A DNA stretch of 64,000 nt, from positions 2,321 through 66,320 of the forward strand of contig CAYJGF010000006.1 in assembly GCA_964369965.1 (NCBI GenBank), read 5' to 3'. The notes beneath the pieces are model-generated. The model saw nothing but the letters and a program-made list of their open reading frames with translations, searched no databases and had not been told where the DNA came from. Shown piece after piece: positions 38,501 to 48,189 of the stretch. This DNA comes from an uncultured Oscillospiraceae bacterium. GTDB lineage: Bacteria; Bacillota; Clostridia; Oscillospirales; Ruminococcaceae. Position 1 is the first letter of the stretch. Every line of letters begins with the position of its first letter. The position numbers and the translations under genes are program-made.

Positions 38501-38906
38501 CGTCCAACATTAGTCGTTCCCCGACCTTAAAATCCGGCTCGATACCGAGTGTCGCGAAAAACTCGGTGCAAAGGTTCTTGCAAAAGGAGTCAAATGTGCC
38601 AATAGCGGCACGGGAGAGGAGCATACGCTGTCTTTTTAAAAGATTAACATCGCCCTGACCCGACTGTATGCGCCGTGACAATTCATGCGCAAGGTCACTT
38701 TTGAGCTTCGTGGCGGCGGCGACGGTAAAGGTCACCACCATCAGACGGTCGGCGGTGTAGCCGGATTCACCACACGAGAGCAGTCGCATGACGCGTTGAA
38801 TTAGAACGGTCGTCTTGCCACTGCCTGCCGCCGCCGAGATAAGCAGTGCCTTGCCGTCGGTATCTATCGCGCACTGTTGCGCCGGTGAAGGTTTAAAATC
38901 ACCCAT
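35583..38906 (-). CDS. addA: Helicase-nuclease AddAB, subunit A
   Basis: UvrD-type LLISAAAGSGKTTVL, VDEYQDTN, and a C-terminal RecB-like nuclease IVDLLF...LLDYKT. The ATG at 38906 lies 1 nt after the addB stop. The longer ORF-track start overlaps addB. Confidence 0.9.
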   Translation of the reverse strand: MGDFKPSPAQQCAIDTDGKALLISAAAGSGKTTVLIQRVMRLLSCGESGYTADRLMVVTFTVAAATKLKSDLAHELSRRIQSGQGDVNLLKRQRMLLSRAAIGTFDSFCKNLCTEFFATLGIEPDFKVGERLMLDVIEGEAMGETLNEMLSDIDFEEFARGFANPRSLIDAENAIKMLHRGMISQPKPIEYLDRLQEATKPDILGVTPAGIMIFNYAADAFENAKQLLKKAHELAKDGGVSTGALSVLSDDLFFVGELARLARAGGYSEIRQMFSSRGERLFARFVPGKNIAPETKDIIKQLRDDAKEIASSIYESYFLEDVNTQNERTKRHYRLVSGLCRATKYYHERLFSLKKEAACFDFYDLQHMTLKLLKIDELGIGERYFAVMVDEYQDTNPIADYIYHSIVGDNHGALFMVGDVKQSIYGFNSARPDIFANRVLNCENSDESQVIYLADNYRSTHEVIGAVNDLFGLLMSRPIGGVDYDEHNRLNPGRTDEVIGAGVSFNAVMCDDDRAAVVAKCKELIDSDTPPEDICVLLPTNKSVALYAKALSDARMKSGTVGDTRLADEVGTMPLIALLRLLANPFSEVDLTAVLLSPLAGFSTDDIAPLTRGRKERLILAMACGENERLRDFIAELFELRRIAAGVSVRALLQVIYERLGAYVICSAMSHGAAAAIRTIEDMALAYDNVGQGGLVGFVRRLNLALARTDGNKREANVQEGVINVMTIHTSKGLEFPVCILADTAALFNVRELSGAVLQHEKTSIGIRLEEDGGFVDTPFRQAAAIACRLDLQSERMRLLYVATTRAKTALHIMVATDKKRLFTLACSLFGVGGVTPYLLSRSRSFADYLLYFGLCHPNGGALRELAQDVLISLIDNTSNMSVNIIIDPTTPQNAPDEDMNVQDTAELCRLFAFEYRYKEDTRLPIKSSVTRLLEREEMPPSVAVPNFALGDGGGAARGSATHAFLQLCDLKLAAQDLSAEIKRLVEHGFMEEKQTKLCNRKTLGAFFASPIFKRILRSDEVYREYEFITEQDGTILQGIVDLLFVEQDGIVLLDYKTTRGNEEELGEQYREQLRLYAAALNRRFEKKVKEAIIYSLYLGKEVAVEI

Positions 38907-38907
38907 A

Positions 38908-41900
38908 TCAATCCTCCTGTGCGAACGGTCGCGCCTCATCACTGCCAAACTTCTCTCTGCCGTCGCCGTCACACTGTCGGCAGACGGTGCGGTATCCACA
39001 GTATTCGCAGTCCTTTTTGCCGTTTTTCTTCACATAGGGTATGGCATCAAAACTGCCACCCTGCATGTCGCCTGCTATGTCGTTTATCAGCTTGTCTATA
39101 TGGCGCTTTATCCTCGCCCCCTTTGCCCTGTCAAACAGTCGATTTTCCTGCACCGACAAAAAACTGCCGTCCGCCTTTTGCCTTATGTTAATAAACTCGC
39201 CGCCCATTGCCTCGACCACCTTGCCCTCGCTGAGCACCGCGCCGTCATAACTGTAAAATGGTCTGCCACCGATTTGGGACGGTCGATTTTTAAGATAAAA
39301 TGCCCCTGCCGGTGTCTCGGTCTCCTGCCCTGCATAAAAAAGGTATAAAAACAACTGTATGTCGACCCCGTCCAGCACGTCCTTGAGCGAAAAATCCTTA
39401 CTGCCGGTCTTGTAGTCCACCACTCGGATATACCGCTCTCCGTCCATCTCACATCCGTCCATCCTGTCCACAAGACCGCGCAACGTCAATTTCAGACCGC
39501 AAGGCGTGTCTATCTCGCGCTTTAATTCCGTCTCAAACCGAACCGGTCGAAAGTCCGATACCTCCTGCTCCCTCTTTAAAAATAGTATCAGTTGCAGTGC
39601 CGAGGCGGCAAGTCGCTTTACTATAAACCTATCCTTGGGCGATAACTCCTCACCGAAAAGTCCCTTTATAATCTCGGCGGAATGTCGCTCACAAAGCTCG
39701 GCGAGTCTTGGTGCCGCCACCGAGGTCAACTCGGAGTGCTCACTCAATATCCTCTCCATAATGGTGTGGATAAACGTCCCTGCGATATCGGCGGACAGCT
39801 CCAGTCGCCGCACCGGCTCAATCTTCATAAGATGTTGCATTAAAAAACTAAATCCACAGTTGCGATAGCCGGAAATTCGCCCTGCCGAGAGGGAAAGGTT
39901 TGAAAGTAACAGTTCAATATTCCTTTGCTCATTTAGATTAAAGCACGGTATATCACCTGCCGAGCTTATCACACCGCCGAGGCTTTCCTGCCCTGCGTCG
40001 TTTAATGCCTGCTTTAAAAAATCCGCCTTTTTGGTATTGGTATGTAACGAGCGTGACATTATAACCCCTGCCGCGCCGATTGTCGCCACCTCGTCGAGCG
40101 GTGAGGTAACCCTCGATGATGCTATTTTGGCGATGGGTAACAGTGCGGTGGAGAGTTTCGCACCGTTTTTTATCAAATAGCTGATGTGCAGACGCTCGCT
40201 CGGGGTGCAAGCGGTGCGATAGAAATAGAGATCCTCCAACATGACGCGGTTTAAATAGAGACCGGGGAGAAGCATGTCCTGCCCTGCGAGCATCTCACGG
40301 TCGGCATGATTTAAAAGTCCCGAGGCGCCAACTTCACTGGGGAACACTGTGTTATTCACACCGAGCATGTAAAGTGTTTTTATGCCGTCATTCACAATCC
40401 TGTCGGGGCGATATATACACACCGAGTCCACAACCCTCGGTATGCTGTGAAACTCCGTGTTCTGTAAAAGTATTGTGTAGAGGTGACGCAGTTCCTTTAT
40501 GTCGGTGTCAAAATTCTCGGTGAGGACGTGCAGTTCGTCCAGCAAACCGACTATCAGGTTATACTGCCTTATCTGTTCATCATCCTTTATCCGCTTTGCA
40601 ACACCGAGGTTTTGCATGGTCTCATAAATTGCGCCTGCCGAATCTTTATTCTTGTCGAATATAGGGGTCAACATCTCCATCAGGCGCTCTCGCACCTTTT
40701 CACCGCCGAACCATCGTTTGTCGACGTCCTGCGCTGTCATTTCGACACCCTCACGCAGGATGGCGGCGGTGGGGTAAAAACGGAGCACCCAGTCCTGTAG
40801 GCACGCCACCTCCTGCCTTGACAGGTCACAAAGGTCGGTGTCCAGCAAGGCGAGTATATCCTCGGTTGAAAGGGATATGCGAAGCGACAAAAGTGAGTAC
40901 ACCAACCGTGCCGGTGCACAAAAACGCAGATCATTAGGGCTGTCGAAATAGACCGGTATGTCAAAAAGATCAAAACAGCGCGCTACCTCGCCGAAATAAT
41001 CCTCAACACTGTGCATGACCAACGCGATATCCCGATACCTTGCACCGTCGCGCACCTCGGCGTGGATTGCCGCCGCGACCGATAGCACCTCATCGGCAAT
41101 ACTATCAAACGGGGTGAGTGTAACATCGCTGAATTTCTCCGGCAGGTCGACCACCTCACCCGATAAAAGTAAATTCATGCATTCAAGGTCATCGCCGGTG
41201 CGAAAATTCTCGGTCAATATGTATGGGGTGTCGACAGCCGCGTCGTTTTTATTAGCTAAACGGATTAATCGACCTGCCGCCTTGTGTACCGTTTCAAAAA
41301 AGCTCTGTTCCTCCACCCACTGCGACGGCATACAAAAGGCGGCACACATCGCCCTGTCATGCATTAACAGTGAATTTAAGATACTGTACTCCGGTGCGGT
41401 AAAGCCGTCGAACCCATCGATAAAAATATTGGTGTCGCTTAAAAAATCGGAATGTTCTTCTATAGTATCGGCGGCGGCGAGCAGGGCATCCTGCGGCTCT
41501 CGTCTGTCGATCAAAAGTTGATCGTAGACGCTGTAGACGAGTGCTATATCTCGCAGTTTATCGCTGTTTGCCACCTCTATTAGCTGTTTTGGGGTACAGC
41601 TCATCTTAAGCTCTTTGACGATGTCGGCGAGCAGGGCATAAAATCCGGGGCTGTAGCTGTCGGCGGTGTAGTATTTAAGTTGCCCTTTGAGCGTGTTCAT
41701 CGCGGCACGGCACAGGGCAACGCGAAGTGCCTCCCCCACCGTGGGCAGTGCACCGCCGTAGGACTGCACGCAAAGCCGTGCAATCCGCCCGAAATCCGCG
41801 ACGGTTATGTAGTGGCAAAGGCGCTCACCGAAACGGCGAAGCACCGCCAGCTCGACCGACGAGGTAAACTGCTCCGGTATTAAAAGGAGCGAGCGTTCCC

Positions 41901-41982
41901 CCTCCCTCGCACGCTGTTCTATCCTGCGGTATATCTCGTGCGTTTTGCCACTGCCGCACCGTCCGTAAATTAAGGACAGCAT
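38908..41982 (-). CDS. addB: Helicase-nuclease AddAB, subunit B
   Basis: N-terminal GRCGSGKTH Walker A, C-terminal nuclease VVDYKTG, and an Fe-S Cys cluster (CEYCGYRTVCRQC). 1024 aa. Confidence 0.88.
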   Translation of the reverse strand: MLSLIYGRCGSGKTHEIYRRIEQRAREGERSLLLIPEQFTSSVELAVLRRFGERLCHYITVADFGRIARLCVQSYGGALPTVGEALRVALCRAAMNTLKGQLKYYTADSYSPGFYALLADIVKELKMSCTPKQLIEVANSDKLRDIALVYSVYDQLLIDRREPQDALLAAADTIEEHSDFLSDTNIFIDGFDGFTAPEYSILNSLLMHDRAMCAAFCMPSQWVEEQSFFETVHKAAGRLIRLANKNDAAVDTPYILTENFRTGDDLECMNLLLSGEVVDLPEKFSDVTLTPFDSIADEVLSVAAAIHAEVRDGARYRDIALVMHSVEDYFGEVARCFDLFDIPVYFDSPNDLRFCAPARLVYSLLSLRISLSTEDILALLDTDLCDLSRQEVACLQDWVLRFYPTAAILREGVEMTAQDVDKRWFGGEKVRERLMEMLTPIFDKNKDSAGAIYETMQNLGVAKRIKDDEQIRQYNLIVGLLDELHVLTENFDTDIKELRHLYTILLQNTEFHSIPRVVDSVCIYRPDRIVNDGIKTLYMLGVNNTVFPSEVGASGLLNHADREMLAGQDMLLPGLYLNRVMLEDLYFYRTACTPSERLHISYLIKNGAKLSTALLPIAKIASSRVTSPLDEVATIGAAGVIMSRSLHTNTKKADFLKQALNDAGQESLGGVISSAGDIPCFNLNEQRNIELLLSNLSLSAGRISGYRNCGFSFLMQHLMKIEPVRRLELSADIAGTFIHTIMERILSEHSELTSVAAPRLAELCERHSAEIIKGLFGEELSPKDRFIVKRLAASALQLILFLKREQEVSDFRPVRFETELKREIDTPCGLKLTLRGLVDRMDGCEMDGERYIRVVDYKTGSKDFSLKDVLDGVDIQLFLYLFYAGQETETPAGAFYLKNRPSQIGGRPFYSYDGAVLSEGKVVEAMGGEFINIRQKADGSFLSVQENRLFDRAKGARIKRHIDKLINDIAGDMQGGSFDAIPYVKKNGKKDCEYCGYRTVCRQCDGDGREKFGSDEARPFAQED

Positions 41983-41991
41983 ATCCCTCTC

Positions 41992-42579
41992 CTAATCTTT
42001 GAAAATCTTCTCCACAATCTCCAGCGTTTTGAACTTTATCTCATATTCACCGTTTATCAGCTCCAGCTCTTCCTCGTCGTACATCGTCTCGACGGCGGTT
42101 TCCCCCTCCACACTCGGTAGACAGAGCGGTGGGAACAAAACACACCACCAGTTGCGCCCTTTCGCCTCGCCAAGTTCGATACGCACCGCGTTATAGTGAC
42201 CTGCCGGCATGGTGAAGTCCTCATAGACGGTGGTGTCGAAATACATGCGTGTGGTGGTCGCACTCACTGCGTAGTTTAGCGAGAGTTCGGCGAGGGTGTC
42301 GGCGGCTATACTCTCGATAAGCGGCAGGTGACTTTGCGCTGAAAGTATCGCCGTCTCCTTGCTTTTTGACGCGGTAAAAAGATCTCCTGTGCCTGCGAGC
42401 AGTGCATCACGCACCTCAAGTTTTGCCGACTGGTCCACCTCGTCGTCGGAATGAGCGACGATATGTAGACGCAATGTCTCCTCCTCGATACCCTGCGCAG
42501 TATCGTAAAAACTGAAAAAATCACCGAAAAGCACACATAGCGCAAACGCCGCTATGACCGCACGCTCTAAAACCATCAT
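41992..42579 (-). CDS. spoIIR: Stage II sporulation protein R
   Basis: Signal anchor followed by LRLHIVAHSDDEVDQ..K..VRDA, the SpoIIR signature. 195 aa. Confidence 0.85.
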   Translation of the reverse strand: MMVLERAVIAAFALCVLFGDFFSFYDTAQGIEEETLRLHIVAHSDDEVDQSAKLEVRDALLAGTGDLFTASKSKETAILSAQSHLPLIESIAADTLAELSLNYAVSATTTRMYFDTTVYEDFTMPAGHYNAVRIELGEAKGRNWWCVLFPPLCLPSVEGETAVETMYDEEELELINGEYEIKFKTLEIVEKIFKD

Positions 42580-42645
42580 GACATATCCTCCTGTAATTGT
42601 CTTGATAGGAGGATTGTCCTGTTTATGCTCGGTTATTCATGAGAC

Positions 42646-43488
42646 TTATCCCGAAATTTCGACACCGTTTTTTGCAGGTTGCAGCAACCATGCATCGCCG
42701 TTAAAATACTCGCACGCTTTTTTAGCCGTCTCATAATCGAGAAATACGCCAAAAACCGCCGCACCACTCCCCGTCATCATCGCCTTTTTTGCTCCGAGCG
42801 ATAAAAAACGAGCTTTTGTGGGGTTTATGTCAATCGAGGTGGAATACTCCATGTCGTTGGAATAATGTCGATAAAAATCGTTATCAGTGAGCGCCTTTAT
42901 CGCGGCGGACGTGTCGGCGATCGTCTTGGTCCCGAACGTGTCAAAACGTCGATACGCCTCGGCGGTGGAGACCCCGACCCCTGCCATGGTGACGACAAAA
43001 TAGCATTTCGGCAGATCTGAAAGCGGTGTGATCATATCGCCGACACCCTGCACGCGGCACAGCCCCCCGACAAGGCAGACCGGCACATCACTGCCGACCG
43101 TTATGCCTATCTCACACAGCTCGTGCGTCGAGAGCGCGGTGTTGTACAGTCTATTTAGCCCGACCAGCACACCGGCGGCATCGGCGGAGCCACCCCCCAT
43201 GCCGGCACCGACAGGTACGTTTTTGTTGATGTCTATCGCGACACCGCCCTTTATTCCGGTTTTCGCAAAAAATCTCTCGGCTGAGCGCAGGGCGGTGTTG
43301 CGCGCGTCGGTCGGTATGTCGGCGACGTCGCAACAAAGTGACATTTCGCTCGCCTTTGTCAGTGTTATCTGCTCGTACAAATCCACCCCGACACAGAGCA
43401 TGTCGAGGGTATGCATCGACCCACGGGTTCCGGTTATATTAAGTGTAAGGTTGAGCTTTGCCGCCGCCCTCACCGATATACTATCCAT
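42646..43488 (-). CDS. ispE: 4-(cytidine 5'-diphospho)-2-C-methyl-D-erythritol kinase
   Basis: AKLNLTLNI, PVGAGMGGGSADAA GHMP-kinase motif. 280 aa. Confidence 0.9.
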   Translation of the reverse strand: MDSISVRAAAKLNLTLNITGTRGSMHTLDMLCVGVDLYEQITLTKASEMSLCCDVADIPTDARNTALRSAERFFAKTGIKGGVAIDINKNVPVGAGMGGGSADAAGVLVGLNRLYNTALSTHELCEIGITVGSDVPVCLVGGLCRVQGVGDMITPLSDLPKCYFVVTMAGVGVSTAEAYRRFDTFGTKTIADTSAAIKALTDNDFYRHYSNDMEYSTSIDINPTKARFLSLGAKKAMMTGSGAAVFGVFLDYETAKKACEYFNGDAWLLQPAKNGVEISG

Positions 43489-44626
43489 TGAACAGTTTAA
43501 CCCTCTTTATGTCAATCGCCTTTACCGGACACATCTCGTGACAGCAAAAGCACCTTATACAGTCCTTTTTGTGGATAAATGCCTTTTTATTCTCCATTGT
43601 TATAACATCTTTAGGGCATATTTCGGCACATTTTGCACAGCCGATACAGCCGCGTTTGTTTATCACCGGACGCGGTGCTATCCTTTTGACAATATAGGGC
43701 ATAAACGGCTTCAATATGCGAGGGACGCGGTTTTCAAATGTTATCTGAAGATGTGAGGTCGGCAGTTTATAGTCCTTAGCGACGGTAAATCCTTCGGGAT
43801 TTTGCAGCAAGCCAGGAGAAAAATCGCGACATAGTCCGCGCCCTTTTGCCGCCACAAGGTAGGGGATATCCTCTATCGGCGCGCCGATATACTCGGCACA
43901 GACGACATCGATATCATAGGTGCTCTCACCTGCGAGCAACATGCCGACCTGCCTTGGTGTGCCGCCGGCAGGCCCGTCCCCCTCCATCGCGGTGATGGCA
44001 TCGACAATGTTTATATCCGGATTTATAAGCTCCGCGACATCACACAGCATTTCGCCGAACATCTTCTTGTCGGGGAAGCGCATGTGCAGTTCCGCCTTTA
44101 AAAGCCCCGGTATTGTGCCAAAAAGGTTCTTTGTGGCGCAGGTGAGGTTAACCATGGCGTGGGTTTTGAGCTTGGGCAGATTTATAATAAAGTCCGCCTC
44201 GGCGACCGGTCGCAGTATGGTGAACTCGTGAGCACACACCCCGTTCGTCTTGAGCGCGACGCTCTCATAATCCTCGCCGTAACGCACGCAAAGACGCTCA
44301 CATACCTCGGCAAGACCGCTCGCTTTGTATATGCCCATCATCGCCTTTTCGTTGTAGACACCGCCTGCGGAATCAATGACGTATATGTCATTCACGCCAC
44401 GTTTTTTCAGCGCGAGTATCACCGCCTCCACCAACGCAGGGTGGGTGGTGACCGCCGCCTCCGGCGCGTGTTTTGCGAGCAGATTGGGTTTTATCACCAC
44501 CTTGCTCGTCGGCGTCAACCGCTTTGCCGCCGGCAGAATGTCAAAGATCTCCTCCACCGCCGTGCCGAGCGCCCCAAGGTCATAGTCCTGTATCTTTTTT
44601 ATTAATACCTTGTCATACTTTTGCAT
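43481..44626 (-). CDS. DUF362-domain protein with a C-terminal 2x[4Fe-4S] ferredoxin domain
   Basis: CIGCAKCAEICP and CIRCFCCHEMCP motifs. The ATG at 44626 (MQKYDKVLIKK, RBS AAGGGGAG) is preferred over the ORF-track start, which would overlap rsgA. Confidence 0.75.
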   Translation of the reverse strand: MQKYDKVLIKKIQDYDLGALGTAVEEIFDILPAAKRLTPTSKVVIKPNLLAKHAPEAAVTTHPALVEAVILALKKRGVNDIYVIDSAGGVYNEKAMMGIYKASGLAEVCERLCVRYGEDYESVALKTNGVCAHEFTILRPVAEADFIINLPKLKTHAMVNLTCATKNLFGTIPGLLKAELHMRFPDKKMFGEMLCDVAELINPDINIVDAITAMEGDGPAGGTPRQVGMLLAGESTYDIDVVCAEYIGAPIEDIPYLVAAKGRGLCRDFSPGLLQNPEGFTVAKDYKLPTSHLQITFENRVPRILKPFMPYIVKRIAPRPVINKRGCIGCAKCAEICPKDVITMENKKAFIHKKDCIRCFCCHEMCPVKAIDIKRVKLFNG

Positions 44627-45518
44627 AAACACTCCCCTTTTTCTCGACCTCGTCATATATTTTGAGATAGCTGTTGTATCTGCTGTTGTGAATAGCACCA
44701 TCTTCCATCGCCCGTCGCACCTCACAGCCGTCCTCCTTTCGGTGGGAGCAATCGGCAAAGCGACATGTTTTTGCAAACGGTGAAAACTCTAAAAACAAAT
44801 CGGCAAGATGTTGCACCTCCGCGTCGCACATCATGGAAAAAGACAATGATGAAAATCCGGCGGTATCGGCAAAAAAACCACCGCCTGAAAGTGGCAACAG
44901 CTCCGCCTCACGGGTTGTATGTACACCGCGCCCGAGTTTTTTGCTGATCGGTGCTGTCGGTCGGTCGGTGCCGTAAAGCCTGTTCATCAAGGTGCTTTTC
45001 CCGACGCCGGTGTTGCCGGCAAGCACCGAGATTTTGCCCTTTGCGAGGGTGAATATCTCGTTATCCTTTTCCCCTGCAACAAGCACCTTGTGTGATGTGG
45101 TATTATATATTTCGGCGAGGTTTTTATCCTTTTTTATGTCCGATTTAGTTATTATGAGAATCACCTCTACCCCGAGATATACTCCGGTCGCAATCATGGT
45201 GTCGAGCTGAAAGGGCGAACTTCTCGGCTCTATGGTGGACGCGACCAAAAACATGCGCTCGACATTCGCGACAGGGGGGCGCACAAATCGGTTTTTCCGT
45301 GGCAGTATCTCGGTTATGACGTGGGTGAAGCCCTCACCATTTTCCGACGGTTCTATTACACAAAAATCACCGGCAATCGGCTTTTCCCCCTTGTCACGAA
45401 AAAGCCCTCTCGGTTTTGCGGTAACAATGCCAAAAGGCGTATAGAGAGAATAAAAACCCCCAACGCCTTTTAAAATAATGTTATCATTCCCCTGCATACT
45501 ACCCAAGATAGACGGCAT
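44613..45518 (-). CDS. rsgA: Ribosome small-subunit-dependent GTPase A
   Basis: LAGNTGVGKSTLMN, and a C-terminal zinc knuckle CRFADCSHRKEDGC. An alternative start at 45497 is possible. Confidence 0.9.
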   Translation of the reverse strand: MPSILGSMQGNDNIILKGVGGFYSLYTPFGIVTAKPRGLFRDKGEKPIAGDFCVIEPSENGEGFTHVITEILPRKNRFVRPPVANVERMFLVASTIEPRSSPFQLDTMIATGVYLGVEVILIITKSDIKKDKNLAEIYNTTSHKVLVAGEKDNEIFTLAKGKISVLAGNTGVGKSTLMNRLYGTDRPTAPISKKLGRGVHTTREAELLPLSGGGFFADTAGFSSLSFSMMCDAEVQHLADLFLEFSPFAKTCRFADCSHRKEDGCEVRRAMEDGAIHNSRYNSYLKIYDEVEKKGSVYAKV

Positions 45519-47412
45519 AGGCTATAAAATTGCTGTTGGAATTGCCGGGTGAGGGGTTTTGCCAACATATAGTCCCTGCGGTGCCGCCCGGCTGGTCATA
45601 ATCGTCGTCATAGATAAGGGCAAGGGTCGGATTTGCCGCCTGTGCCGCCGCCGGGTCCATCCCGAGCACGTTCGGGATAATTATATCGCCACCGGTCGAG
45701 GACGCCGCCGCACCGGCAACCACTACGCTTATCTGGGAGTTGCGCTCCACCTCGCTGTCCGCTTCCGGCGTTTGGCTGATGACCGTGCCCTCCGGCAGTG
45801 CGCCGTCCGGCATGTGGACTATTGTGCCTATCAGCAGTTGATGGCGAAAGAGTAGCTCCTGTGCCTCGTCCACCAACATGTTGGTTATATCCGGCACCGT
45901 TGTGTCACCGTCCGACGGTATGGTGGATACGGCAAGGGTGATGGGGCTACCGCTCGAGAGCTCGGTGCCGACCGCCGGCTCGGTCCACATGGCATAACCA
46001 TACGGCACCTGCTCCGACTCATCGACGGTGTATTCAATATTGACTATGAGACCGAGGTCGCTAAGCATACGCTGTGCATCGGAACTTTTTTGACCGAGCA
46101 GTTCCTGTGGCACCGTCACAATCTCGACACCTTTGCTGACCTGCAACGTCACCGCGGCATTCTCTTTAACCTTTTTGGGTGGTTTTGGGTATTGGTTGAC
46201 TATATACCCCTCGGCATACTCGTTGCTGTAGACCTCCTCCACCATAAATCGGAAGTCATACTCCGCGTTGACATCCTCATAGGAGTGACCGAGGAAGTTC
46301 GGGATATCCACATCCTCATAACTTGCAAAAAGAGGGTTGCCGGACAGATTGAATATGATAAAGACCAGCACACCGCACCCGATAGCAAACGCCACCGATA
46401 GACCGAGCATCATCGGTATGACAACGCCGCCAATCGTCTTTTTCTTCGGCTTTTTCTGTGTCACCACACGGTCTTTAACGCTTTGACGTTTAACGTTGCT
46501 CTTGGTGGTAACCTTGTCGATAAACTTAGTCTGGGTATCGTCCTTTGAGAGATAGGTGTATTCAAACCGTATGCTCGGGTTGCGCTTAAACTCCTCAATA
46601 TCGGCACGCATGGTGGCGGCGCTGGCATAACGGTCACGCGGCTCTTTCGCCATGGCGCGCATGGTAATCTCCTCCAGCGGCTCCGGTATTTCGGGGTCGA
46701 TATCGCGCGGACGTATGGCGGTGTCACTTATCTGTTTTATCGCGACCGAGACGGCGCTGTCCGCCTCAAACGGGAGCATACCGGTGAGCATCTCATACAG
46801 CATTACACCGACGGAATAAATGTCCGCCTTGGGGTCGGTGGTGTCGCCCTTTGCTTGCTCCGGGCTGATGTAATGAACCGAGCCTATCGCCTTTTCGGTC
46901 ATGGTGCGTGAATCACTGCGTGACAGCCGCGCTATACCAAAGTCCATCACCTTGATACTGCCGTTTTGCATAAGCATGATATTATGCGGTTTGATGTCAC
47001 GGTGCACAACGCCCTTTTCATGTGCGTGGCTGAGCGCCGACAGGATCTGCTCGGCAAAAAACACCGCTATCTTCCATTTGAGTTTGCCGCCCGACTTTTC
47101 GATATAGTCGGCGAGTGATATACCCTCCACAAACTCCATGACGATATACTGGATAGACTCCGACACGCTCACGTCAAAAACCTTGACGATGTTGTCGTTG
47201 TTAAGTAACGATATTGCCTTGCTCTCGTTTTTAAAGCGGCGCACCAGCTCCGGATTATTTAAAAACTCATCGCGCAAAATCTTAACAGCGACCGTCTGCC
47301 CATTTTGCAGGTCGGTAGCCTTATAGACGTTCGCCATGCCACCCACACCGCAAAGTGAGAGCAGTTCATACCGTCCGTCCAGTCTTTTCCCTATAATATC
47401 TTTTGAAACCAT
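45499..47412 (-). CDS. prkC: Ser/Thr protein kinase with extracellular PASTA repeats
   Basis: Hanks kinase motifs (GGMANVYKA, HRDIKPHN, DFGIA), a single TM helix, and three PASTA-like repeats. Confidence 0.9.
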   Translation of the reverse strand: MVSKDIIGKRLDGRYELLSLCGVGGMANVYKATDLQNGQTVAVKILRDEFLNNPELVRRFKNESKAISLLNNDNIVKVFDVSVSESIQYIVMEFVEGISLADYIEKSGGKLKWKIAVFFAEQILSALSHAHEKGVVHRDIKPHNIMLMQNGSIKVMDFGIARLSRSDSRTMTEKAIGSVHYISPEQAKGDTTDPKADIYSVGVMLYEMLTGMLPFEADSAVSVAIKQISDTAIRPRDIDPEIPEPLEEITMRAMAKEPRDRYASAATMRADIEEFKRNPSIRFEYTYLSKDDTQTKFIDKVTTKSNVKRQSVKDRVVTQKKPKKKTIGGVVIPMMLGLSVAFAIGCGVLVFIIFNLSGNPLFASYEDVDIPNFLGHSYEDVNAEYDFRFMVEEVYSNEYAEGYIVNQYPKPPKKVKENAAVTLQVSKGVEIVTVPQELLGQKSSDAQRMLSDLGLIVNIEYTVDESEQVPYGYAMWTEPAVGTELSSGSPITLAVSTIPSDGDTTVPDITNMLVDEAQELLFRHQLLIGTIVHMPDGALPEGTVISQTPEADSEVERNSQISVVVAGAAASSTGGDIIIPNVLGMDPAAAQAANPTLALIYDDDYDQPGGTAGTICWQNPSPGNSNSNFIAYAVYLG

Positions 47413-47424
47413 TATAAATCAATC

Positions 47425-48171
47425 CTATCCTATGCTATTTGTCGGCATTGCCAAAACAACCACCGTAATATTGTCAAACCCTCCACCGGTTTTTGCAAGT
47501 TTTATCAACTTCTCCGGTGTGTCAAAAAAGGGGCTTGTACCTAAAATCATCTGTATCACCGACTCGTCGGCGCAGTTGGTGAGCCCGTCGGAACAAAGGA
47601 GCAGTTTGTCGCCGGGCGAGAGTTCATAGGCGCTGTAGTCAAGGTCGATATTCTCGCTAACCCCGACCGCACGAGTTATGAGGTTTTTCTTGGGGTGGAG
47701 TTTCGCCTGCTCCGGTGAGATGTTGCCGTTTTCCATCAAATCCTGCACGATGGAGTGGTCACGGGTGAGCTGTTGCAGTATGTTGTTGCGAAGTAGATAA
47801 CATCGGCTATCCCCAACGTTGACGAGGTGTAGTATGCTATCCTTTATGACAACGCAGACAAGTGTCGTCCCCATGCCGGTTTTCTCGCGGTCGCGTTTAG
47901 CGAGGGAGTGTATTTCGGAGTTGCCGACCACCACTGCATCAAACATCAATTTTTTAATGTCGCTTACCCCTTTAACGCTCGGCAATTTTTCATATAACAT
48001 GTCTTCTACGCTATTGGATAGTATTTCGCTGGCAAGCCGACCGCCGTTCGCGCCGCCCATACCGTCACAGACAAAGGCAAACGCGGTGCCACAGGGCAAC
48101 CTCGCGGCGCGAAAGTTGTCCTGATTTTCGGTGCGTCTGCAACCAATATCGGTTCTGCCGGCAATGTTCAA
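47425..48171 (-). CDS. stp: PP2C-family Ser/Thr phosphatase
   Basis: RTENQD, VCDGMGG, LLCSDGL, DNITVV motifs. Confidence 0.9.
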   Translation of the reverse strand: MNIAGRTDIGCRRTENQDNFRAARLPCGTAFAFVCDGMGGANGGRLASEILSNSVEDMLYEKLPSVKGVSDIKKLMFDAVVVGNSEIHSLAKRDREKTGMGTTLVCVVIKDSILHLVNVGDSRCYLLRNNILQQLTRDHSIVQDLMENGNISPEQAKLHPKKNLITRAVGVSENIDLDYSAYELSPGDKLLLCSDGLTNCADESVIQMILGTSPFFDTPEKLIKLAKTGGGFDNITVVVLAMPTNSIG

Positions 48172-48189
48172 ATTATCTCTCCGATTGTA

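Noticed and set aside
38907-38999. 31-codon upstream extension of addA
   Set aside because: It overlaps the addB 3' end. The ATG at 38906 gives the canonical AddA N-terminus just before the Walker A motif and sits 1 nt after the addB stop.
43028-43756. 242-aa plus-strand ORF
   Set aside because: It is antisense to ispE and the DUF362 gene, and is a Ser/Pro/Thr-rich shadow frame.
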